IMG/VR virus record: IMGVR_UViG_2751185968_000006
DNA length: 12,040 bases
DNA from: a virus
Lineage: Duplodnaviria; Heunggongvirae; Uroviricota; Caudoviricetes
Reading direction: 5' to 3' (one strand)
How positions within the stretch are numbered: the first letter of the stretch is position 1; each line of letters starts with the position of its first letter. The notes under the pieces are model-generated. The model saw only the letters and a list, made by a program, of their open reading frames with translations. It did no database searches and was not told the DNA's origin. The translations under genes were made by a program, and so were the position numbers. This document shows positions 6,691-12,040 of this stretch, piece after piece.

Positions 6691-6915
6691 TCAGTCTCTG
6701 ATCTCTTTCAGAAATTCTATCAATGCATCTATCTGTTCAGGATTTACCGCCAGCATTTCACCGGATAGAGCACATCTCACAAAACCATGCTGATCCTTTT
6801 CAATCAGTGCGCCCGTCTCCAGGAATGCGCGGTAATCATTGATGCTCATCGTCTCCATGTTGTCAGCATGGTATTTATCACGCTGTTTTAATATCTCATC
6901 AAATTTCATCGGCAT
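6691..6915 (-). CDS. Hypothetical protein (74 aa), stand-alone cassette
   Basis: ATG at 6915 with an AGAGGAAA Shine-Dalgarno sequence. Bracketed by terminator hairpins at 7012-7033 (upstream) and 6649-6670 (downstream). Confidence 0.5.
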   Translation of the reverse strand: MPMKFDEILKQRDKYHADNMETMSINDYRAFLETGALIEKDQHGFVRCALSGEMLAVNPEQIDALIEFLKEIRD

Positions 6916-7011
6916 TGTTTTTTTCCTCTGTTGTGTCTGTTTGTTTCAGATAGTAACTATGCCTGACCGTGACGAAAACCCGGTAATGCGCCATACCGTT
7001 TCAACTGGTGC

Positions 7012-7033
7012 AAAAAAGCCGGATTTCTCCGGC
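7012..7033 (-). terminator. Rho-independent terminator-like hairpin after the PerC-like gene; copy 3 of the repeated hairpin
   Basis: Plus strand AAAAAA-GCCGGA-TTTC-TCCGGC (stem 7018-7023 / 7028-7033); T6 follows on the minus strand. Confidence 0.45.
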
Positions 7034-7040
7034 TGTTTGA

Positions 7041-7313
7041 TTAGCTGTCCTGGTAATTGCGCCATATTTCATCACCAGCACCATCTATACCCATTTCGGC
7101 ATAAGTGCGATCGACTGCCTTTTTCAGGTCTCCGAAATTATCCGGCGGCTCCGGTGCCCTCTGTGCCTTCCTTGAACATTCCAGCCGTCGCATCGTGATG
7201 TGATGCCGTTCCTTGTCTGTCTCCACCAGCTGCATGACTTCACCCCATCGCGCCGCCGCCCTCCGGTAAAAGCCTTTCGCCTCCAGTTCCTCCGCTATGC
7301 GGTCATGTACCAT
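7041..7313 (-). CDS. PerC-family-like transcriptional regulator (about 90 aa)
   Basis: Likely start at ATG 7313 with a strong GAGGGGGTG RBS. The protein MVHDRIAEELEAKGFYRRAAARWGEVMQLVETDKERHHITMRRLEC fits the PerC/Pch pattern (LE..G.WRRAA.RW...TD.ER) as recalled. Confidence 0.45.
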   Translation of the reverse strand: MVHDRIAEELEAKGFYRRAAARWGEVMQLVETDKERHHITMRRLECSRKAQRAPEPPDNFGDLKKAVDRTYAEMGIDGAGDEIWRNYQDS

Positions 7314-7323
7314 CGTCACCCCC

Positions 7324-7734
7324 TCAGAACGAAATATCATCACCGTAAGGGTCATCGCCTCCCGCTGGTGGCTGATTACCCTGTGTGCCTGTGGTTTTGC
7401 GTCTGTTCCCGCCTGGACGTGCCGCGCGGGCACTGATTACGCTGTCTGCGATAACCTGCCAGCCCTGCCGCGTTTCTCCGTTCTGTCCGGTCCACTGGCT
7501 TACCTGCATCGTGCCGGATACGCTGGCAACATCGCCTTTTTGATGTTTAGCCAGGAAGTCGGCCTGTTTGCCAAATGCGATGACCGATAACCATAACGTC
7601 GCCTGTCCGTCCTGTGCCTGGCTGCATGGCAAAGATACCGCCATACGCGCCAGCGTCATCGGTGTGCCCTTGCTGGTCTGTTTTACCTGCGGGTCGTCCA
7701 CCAGCCGCCCGTAAGCGGCTATCTGTGCCGTCAT
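7324..7734 (-). CDS. Single-stranded DNA-binding protein (SSB)-like, 136 aa
   Basis: N-terminus IAAYGRLVDDPQVK resembles the SSB OB-fold start (VILVGNLGQDPEVR), and the C-terminal acidic tip PYGDDISF resembles DDDIPF. The start overlaps the upstream stop as ATGA. Confidence 0.65.
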   Translation of the reverse strand: MTAQIAAYGRLVDDPQVKQTSKGTPMTLARMAVSLPCSQAQDGQATLWLSVIAFGKQADFLAKHQKGDVASVSGTMQVSQWTGQNGETRQGWQVIADSVISARAARPGGNRRKTTGTQGNQPPAGGDDPYGDDISF

Positions 7735-7982
7735 AATTCCACCTCTCCGGTTTTAACGTTGATGGTTGTTACCTGTTCCGCTTCGGCAATCTCCCGTTCT
7801 GTCAGCGTGGCAAAGTTTGCCGCCGCCGTGGTCATGAATGCGCTTATCAGGTCGGGATGTTCCTTCGCGTATCCTTCCCGCGTGTGGCGGTCTATCGTTC
7901 TGATTGCCACCTTTAAGGTGTGCTCAGTCATGTCTAACGCTTTATATTTTGGCTCTGTTCTGTCTCTGCGTTTTTGGGTCAT
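7731..7982 (-). CDS. Hypothetical protein (83 aa from ATG 7982; the supplied ORF extends to a GTG at 8012)
   Basis: ORF translationally coupled to the SSB-like gene. The upstream extension overlaps the iteron array, so the ATG at 7982 is the more likely start. Confidence 0.45.
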   Translation of the reverse strand: MTQKRRDRTEPKYKALDMTEHTLKVAIRTIDRHTREGYAKEHPDLISAFMTTAAANFATLTEREIAEAEQVTTINVKTGEVEL

Positions 7983-7993
7983 TTCTCGCAACC

Positions 7994-8181
7994 TCTCACT
8001 TTTTCGCCTCACTTTTTCAAGCGTCTCACTTCGTCGCAGTTGGGATTTTCGGTTTTTCTATGTGTGTGTTTTATAAGTATTTTTTTACCCCTCACTTTTG
8101 AGGATGTATACAGGTCGAAAAGTGAGGGAGAGCGGGCTAATTTTGGCCCTCTTTCTATCCCCCTCGCTTTTGCTCCTCACT
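7994..8181. repeat. Iteron array and AT-rich region: putative satellite origin of replication, immediately downstream of the replication gene
   Basis: Seven copies of CCTCACTTTT-like motifs: CTCACT at 7995-8000, 8008-8013, 8025-8030, 8091-8096 and 8176-8181, an inverted copy at 8118-8127, and a variant CTCGCT at 8163-8168. An AT-rich stretch lies at 8041-8087; copies 4 and 5 form 12-bp inverted arms 16 bp apart. Confidence 0.5.
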
Positions 8182-8182
8182 T

Positions 8183-8530
8183 TTATAGCGGCGCTACATC
8201 ATCCCCATCGATACTAATAACCCCATCTTTTTCCAGCTTGTACAGCCAGCGCCGGAAGTTTTTCATTTCATACCCCAGCTTTTTCATGTCATCACGTAAC
8301 AGCGGGATCGTGCACTTGTCGCCGTTCTGTGTGCGTGAACGGATGCACCCCCATAGCGCGGTATGGTTTTCCGTCTTGTTCCCTGCCTCCTCGATGCGCT
8401 CCAGTTCAACAGGAGGGCGCGGATCATCCACCACCACCAGCGACGTGATTAATTCACCGTCAGCGTCGGTAAAAAGCTCCACCACGCGTAAGTCATATGC
8501 GGCTTCTTTGAGTTCCTCCGCGTCCTTCAT
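8183..8530 (-). CDS. Replication protein, C-terminal fragment (second piece of a frameshifted primase/helicase-type gene)
   Basis: This frame stays open upstream of the annotated ATG to about 8638 and there encodes DESARGSSAFRASLDAEY, the expected continuation after the HHSGKD motif of RecA-like replication ATPases. Confidence 0.6.
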   Translation of the reverse strand: MKDAEELKEAAYDLRVVELFTDADGELITSLVVVDDPRPPVELERIEEAGNKTENHTALWGCIRSRTQNGDKCTIPLLRDDMKKLGYEMKNFRRWLYKLEKDGVISIDGDDVAPL

Positions 8531-9582
8531 TTTGGTGCATGAGATAACCAGCGCTTTGCTTCCTGCGTCCTCCCTGCGTATCCGGTATTCAGCATCCAGC
8601 GAAGCACGAAATGCACTGGAACCGCGCGCGCTTTCGTCTCATCCTTGCCGGAATGGTGAACCACCAGCACCGTGGCCCCTGTGCGTCGTTTCAGTTCGTC
8701 ACAACCACGGATAAACGCCCCCATATCACGGGAATCATTTTCATCATTCCCACCAAAGCAACGCGCCAGCGTATCCAGAATAATCATGCGTACAGGTTTA
8801 CCCGTTTCCCGCTCCACCTGACGGGCAGCGATAACCATTTCATCAACATCAAGCGGGGCAGCCGGAAAGATGGGGCGGTTTACCAGATACAGATTTTTCA
8901 CCTGCTCATCGTGCACAACCTCCCAGGCTTTTACACGACGCGGAACGCCGATACCGCCTTCACCAACCACATAGAGAACCGCACCATGTGCAACCCTGCG
9001 GCCTCCCCACTGGCGACCAGTGGCAACATGGCACGCCCACGATCCGGCAAGGAATGATTTATAGGACCCGCTAGCCCCGTATATGCTGCATAGCGATACC
9101 GCCGGAATAATCCCCTTAACCACGTAATCCAGTTGCGTGTCGTATCCGGTAGATCCAACGCTCATCGGTAGCGTGGTTTTTCGCTGGTGGTTTTTTTCTT
9201 CCACCGGCTCTTTCCCGCGCACCCGTTCCAGGTATTCGCGCCAGTTCTCCCGCATATGGCTGTGCATCCCTTCGGGGTAATAATTCGCATCAGTTACACC
9301 CGCCGCCGCCAGCTTGTGCGCAATGGCATTAATATTTGATGGCCTGATGTGGCCTGCCTTGTACAGCCGGACACAATAGCGCCCCTCGTCGATGATTCTC
9401 AGGTCTGCCAGTTCATCCAGTTGATCATCAGCCAGCACAACGGGAGGCACATTATCGCCAGCCAGTCGCCCGTCCTGTTCCTGCCACTGTTTTGCATGTG
9501 CCCAGGCATCACTACCCGCAAAAATAATGACTTCGGTCATCTTGTCGTAAGGCTGTTTTTTTAAGTTCGGTGCGCTTTTCAT
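8527..9582 (-). CDS. Primase/helicase-type replication protein (RepA-like P-loop ATPase), N-terminal fragment ending prematurely after a frameshift
   Basis: Walker A GASGSYKS, Walker B MIILDTLARCF, then VLVVHHSGKDE typical of RepA-like helicases. The frame then reads TKARAVPVHF... to a stop at 8527, just downstream of a (CG)4 tract at 8623-8631. Confidence 0.75.
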   Translation of the reverse strand: MKSAPNLKKQPYDKMTEVIIFAGSDAWAHAKQWQEQDGRLAGDNVPPVVLADDQLDELADLRIIDEGRYCVRLYKAGHIRPSNINAIAHKLAAAGVTDANYYPEGMHSHMRENWREYLERVRGKEPVEEKNHQRKTTLPMSVGSTGYDTQLDYVVKGIIPAVSLCSIYGASGSYKSFLAGSWACHVATGRQWGGRRVAHGAVLYVVGEGGIGVPRRVKAWEVVHDEQVKNLYLVNRPIFPAAPLDVDEMVIAARQVERETGKPVRMIILDTLARCFGGNDENDSRDMGAFIRGCDELKRRTGATVLVVHHSGKDETKARAVPVHFVLRWMLNTGYAGRTQEAKRWLSHAPK

Positions 9583-9878
9583 TTCTTGCCCCTGAATCCG
9601 TTAATCATGGTTTTCAGCTTCTGGATGTTTGCCCGTGCCCTGGCGTTGCTGGTGGGCACGTTATGCGGCGCGGTCTGTACCAGAGAAAAATCACGCCGGA
9701 ACTGATAAACAGGCATCACGCAATCATATTCGTAACCTTCACGGCGGTAGGTTACACGCCGTTCTTCCACGCCCTTAATCATTACCGTGCCGCCGTACTG
9801 GTCGCGGTAAATATCACCGCGCGTAAATTTAGGGTGAGTGTTGCCACTGGCAGTTAAGCCAGAATATTTAAGTTTCAT
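9579..9878 (-). CDS. Hypothetical protein (99 aa), coupled to the replication gene
   Basis: ORF in the tiled minus-strand operon; its stop overlaps the replication gene start (ATGA). Overlapping plus-strand ORFs have junk-like composition. Confidence 0.45.
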   Translation of the reverse strand: MKLKYSGLTASGNTHPKFTRGDIYRDQYGGTVMIKGVEERRVTYRREGYEYDCVMPVYQFRRDFSLVQTAPHNVPTSNARARANIQKLKTMINGFRGKK

Positions 9879-9883
9879 TATTT

Positions 9884-10117
9884 TTATTCTCCGGTGTGCT
9901 GTTCTTTATATCTGTCGTGCAATAGATCTATTTCTTGCAGTTCCATTATTACAGGCTCAAGAAGCGTTATTAATGCCGTGGCAATTCTTGATTTTTGTTT
10001 GTCGCGTTCATTGTCGCCAAGTGTTTCAAGCCATATGCGCAATATTTCCAGCATGTTTTCACTGTGAGAAAGTGCAAGAAATGCGCGGTCTATTGTTTCG
10101 TGGTAAATATCACGCAT
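9884..10117 (-). CDS. Hypothetical protein (77 aa)
   Basis: ORF in the tiled minus-strand operon with protein-like, charged composition; no family recognised. Confidence 0.45.
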   Translation of the reverse strand: MRDIYHETIDRAFLALSHSENMLEILRIWLETLGDNERDKQKSRIATALITLLEPVIMELQEIDLLHDRYKEQHTGE

Positions 10118-10343
10118 GGCTTACATCCTCAGGAAATTTTCTTCTGTAACGCGCCTCTGCCACATATTCCGCATAATCGGCGGCGATATTCAGTACATCA
10201 AGCCCCGTTGATTTATATTCTCTCGTGGAAAGTAAGAAAAAAGCCGCTCTAATAAGTTCTGGCATTGACGAAAGCGCATCAGCCGCATCATCAGGAACGC
10301 CGGGAAATTCCTGTTTCAGGGAATTAAAACGATCATCACGCAT
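10110..10343 (-). CDS. Hypothetical protein (77 aa from ATG 10343; the supplied ORF extends to 10391)
   Basis: ATG at 10343 is preceded by a G7 Shine-Dalgarno run and overlaps the upstream stop codon (ATGCGTGA). Confidence 0.45.
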   Translation of the reverse strand: MRDDRFNSLKQEFPGVPDDAADALSSMPELIRAAFFLLSTREYKSTGLDVLNIAADYAEYVAEARYRRKFPEDVSHA

Positions 10344-10557
10344 AACCCCCCCCATTTTCACAATCAGCAACAAGAATATTTTTAGCGTCATTCAGCGACC
10401 GCGTTGCGATGTATCGGATACATTCCAGGGCGAACTGTGTCCGGTCTTTCTGTTCTTCTCCCTGCGCAAGCTCTGCAGTGCATTCAATATCAATAAGCGC
10501 GTGCATCAGCGTAGTGAGTGCGGCGGCTGCTGCGTTCGGTGTGGTTTTATTGTGCAT
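10336..10557 (-). CDS. Hypothetical protein (73 aa from ATG 10557; the supplied ORF extends to 10599)
   Basis: ATG at 10557 is preceded by AGGGGGAAA. No family recognised. Confidence 0.45.
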   Translation of the reverse strand: MHNKTTPNAAAAALTTLMHALIDIECTAELAQGEEQKDRTQFALECIRYIATRSLNDAKNILVADCENGGGYA

Positions 10558-10747
10558 AGGTTTCCCCCTGACGAATACGGGCGGCGAATACAGCAACACA
10601 ACCGGACGGGCAACGGCTACGCGCTTCGCGTTCCGTCCAGGCGGTTACGTGGATGATTTGAGATTCTCCGGCACTCAGGGCCAGAAAACGCCACACAAAG
10701 GCCGTTTGTGTGTGTACAAGGTGTGGTATATGATTTACGGCAACCAT
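10547..10747 (-). CDS. Hypothetical small protein (66 aa), likely first gene of the leftward operon
   Basis: ATG at 10747 is preceded by TAGGAG with a 5-nt spacer. A structured leader hairpin (10779-10809) lies upstream. Confidence 0.35.
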   Translation of the reverse strand: MVAVNHIPHLVHTQTAFVWRFLALSAGESQIIHVTAWTEREARSRCPSGCVAVFAARIRQGETYAQ

Positions 10748-10836
10748 AACGGCTCCTAGTTTACGTTGTTGGTTAGAAGCCCTGCGAGTGGTAATGACAC
10801 TTGCGGGGCTTTGCTTTTTTAAGTGCTCTTGTGTTA

Positions 10837-10883
10837 AGGTGGCCACCTAACAATGGAAAGGCTAATTCAATAGGTGACCACTT
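10837..10883. promoter_or_regulatory. Divergent control region with two related operator-like sites and a consensus -35 hexamer
   Basis: Perfect 12-bp palindrome AGGTGGCCACCT (10837-10848) and a related half-palindromic site AGGTGACCACTT (10872-10883), about 35 bp apart. TTGACA reads on the minus strand at 10888-10883. Confidence 0.35.
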
Positions 10884-10941
10884 GTCAATAATCAAACGCG
10901 ATAAAAGCCCTAAAGGGGACGGGCAATCCCCACAATTCAGA

Positions 10942-11073
10942 ATGCGAATTTCTCCAGAGCTAAAAGAGCAATTCGACAAAGAAGCACAGAGCGACGGCAT
11001 AAGCCTAGCCAACTGGCTTAAAGAGTTGGGGCGCACTGAACTAAAGCGGCGCGGCATAGAACCCAAAGGATAA
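10942..11073 (+). CDS. Small ribbon-helix-helix (Arc/CopG-like) DNA-binding protein, 43 aa; candidate repressor
   Basis: MRISPELKEQFDKEAQSDGISLANWLKELGRTELKRRG fits the RHH pattern of a short N-terminal beta-strand followed by two helices. It is divergent from the main operon and next to the operator-like palindromes; its RBS is weak. Confidence 0.45.
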   Translation: MRISPELKEQFDKEAQSDGISLANWLKELGRTELKRRGIEPKG

Positions 11074-11130
11074 AAACTATCAGCGCCGTGGTGTGAGGTA
11101 TTACGGCGCATTGCTATGCAGGACAACACA

Positions 11131-11304
11131 ATGACCGATAAAGAATTGACCAAAACATTATCACCGGCACGGAAAAGACGGCGCAGAAAGATAGAGCATG
11201 AATCAGAAAGATTCGCACCATGTGCTTTTGCCCTTGAGCAATTCCTTAAAGAGTATAGGGAAAAGCGCTCATTGCAGGTATGGCAACGAACTGAACCAGA
11301 CTGA
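11131..11304 (+). CDS. Hypothetical small basic protein (57 aa), second gene of the rightward pair
   Basis: ATG at 11131 is preceded by AGGA with a 7-nt spacer. It has an arginine/lysine-rich N-terminus (ARKRRRRK) and is followed by a plus-strand terminator. Confidence 0.35.
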   Translation: MTDKELTKTLSPARKRRRRKIEHESERFAPCAFALEQFLKEYREKRSLQVWQRTEPD

Positions 11305-11398
11305 TTGCATTGCCCACCAGCCTGATAGCGGCTATCATCCCCGTGCTTATGTTTGGGATCATATACACATAAGGCGCAGCGGGTTAATTGTTCAGAAA

Positions 11399-11426
11399 GG
11401 CGGCTCCATATCGGGGCCGCTTTTTT
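11399..11426 (+). terminator. Rho-independent terminator of the rightward RHH operon, convergent with alpA
   Basis: Stem GCGGCTCC (11400-11407) / GGGGCCGC (11413-11420) with one G-U pair, loop ATATC, followed by T6 (11421-11426). Confidence 0.5.
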
Positions 11427-11452
11427 CGTGTTTGTCATATCTGTGATACCCG

Positions 11453-11659
11453 TTAAGCAGCCGTTCCGCGTGCTTCCTGTTCGCGTTCTTTCTGCCAGGC
11501 CAACACATCATCCTCATACCATCCGCGACGGCGTAAACCAACGCGAAAACCCTGCGGAAATTCTCCGGCGTTGATCATGCTTTGCAGCGTGCTGTCTGCC
11601 TTGATGTGGATAATTTTTTTTACTTCCTGGCGAAAGATAATTTTTCTGATTGCTTCCAT
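11453..11659 (-). CDS. alpA: AlpA-family (phage excisionase/regulator-like) DNA-binding protein, 68 aa
   Basis: KADSTLQSMINAGEFPQGFRVGLRRRGWYEDDVLAWQ matches the AlpA/Xis-type pattern (...FP.P.K.G.R...W...EV..W) as recalled. Confidence 0.7.
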   Translation of the reverse strand: MEAIRKIIFRQEVKKIIHIKADSTLQSMINAGEFPQGFRVGLRRRGWYEDDVLAWQKEREQEARGTAA

Positions 11660-11764
11660 CGTGATTTACCTTGTGAATCCGGTGTATTCCGGTGACAAAT
11701 ACGGTAAATCATCGGATATGGGTAAAAACAGTTCCCACCGTTTTTAAACGGTATACACCGTTTT

Positions 11765-12040
11765 GGTAATGACTCCAACTTACTGATAGTGTTTTATGTT
11801 CAGATAATGCCCGATGACCTTGTCATGCAGCTCCACCGATTTTGAGAACGACAGTGACTTCCGTCCCAGCCTTGCCAGATGTTGTCTCAGATTCAGATTA
11901 TGTCGCTCAATGCGCTGAGTGTAACGCTTGCTGATAACGTGCAGCTTTCCCTTCAGGCGTGATTCATACAGCGGCCAGCCATCCGTCATCCATACCACGA
12001 CCTCAAAGGCCGACAGCAGGCTCAGAAGACGCTCCAGTGT
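11765..12040 (-). mobile_element. IS1-family insertion sequence, partial; right terminal repeat at 11765, continues beyond the right window edge
   Basis: GGTAATGACTCCAACTTACTGATAGTGTTTTATGTTCAGATAATGCCCGATGAC from 11765 matches the IS1 right terminal repeat as recalled. The insB frame follows on the minus strand. Confidence 0.9.
11780..12040 (-). CDS. insB: IS1 InsB transposase, C-terminal part (gene runs off the window edge)
   Basis: Minus-strand translation [86 protein letters not shown] matches the InsB C-terminus as recalled; it is in frame to the window edge. Confidence 0.85.
   Translation of the reverse strand, partial: TLERLLSLLSAFEVVVWMTDGWPLYESRLKGKLHVISKRYTQRIERHNLNLRQHLARLGRKSLSFSKSVELHDKVIGHYLNIKHYQ

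Noticed and set aside
7974-8714. 246-aa plus-strand ORF across the iterons and replication gene
   Set aside because: It runs antisense to the replication gene, which has Walker motifs, and through the iteron array. Its serine-rich, low-complexity sequence is typical of a shadow ORF.
10773-11438. 221-aa minus-strand ORF spanning the regulatory region
   Set aside because: Serine-, cysteine- and arginine-rich junk-like composition with no RBS. It runs antisense across the RHH gene, the 57-aa gene and a plus-strand terminator, so it is most likely a shadow frame.
1-12040. Dedicated anti-phage defence system (restriction-modification, abortive infection, toxin-antitoxin, retron and similar)
   Set aside because: No large enzyme-like ORFs are present besides the capsid, replication and autotransporter genes. 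Only small unknown proteins remain, and these cannot be assigned to a defence family from sequence alone.
1-12040. tRNA or rRNA gene as integration target
   Set aside because: I found no tRNA-like acceptor or T-arm signatures and no rRNA-like sequence on either strand.

Overview
This window looks like an accessory island, not core chromosome. It is bounded by two partial IS1 copies in the same orientation (1-243 and 11765-12040, both minus strand). The left IS1 has cut off the 5' end of an AIDA-I/Ag43-type autotransporter gene (230-2605, plus strand). Between the autotransporter terminator and the right IS1 lies a compact, minus-strand phage-satellite-like element (roughly 2700-11760) that I interpret as a PICI-like satellite using lambda-type cos packaging. 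Read in its direction of transcription it contains: an AlpA-family regulator; a divergent regulatory region with a small ribbon-helix-helix protein; five small unknown ORFs; a primase/helicase-type replication gene broken by a frameshift at a (CG)4 tract; an iteron array; an SSB-like gene; a PerC-like regulator and a 74-aa gene, each with its own terminator; a capsid module with lambda gpE-like and gpD-like genes; and a short TerS (Nu1-like) gene flanked by two inverted copies of a lambda-type cos site. No integrase, portal, protease or large terminase is present; the integrase position is occupied by IS1. No rRNA, tRNA or CRISPR array was found. All protein assignments rest on motifs and family sequences recalled from memory, not on database searches, so each should be confirmed by BLASTP/HMM search. 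Coordinates of non-coding features were derived by hand and anchored to the supplied ORF track.
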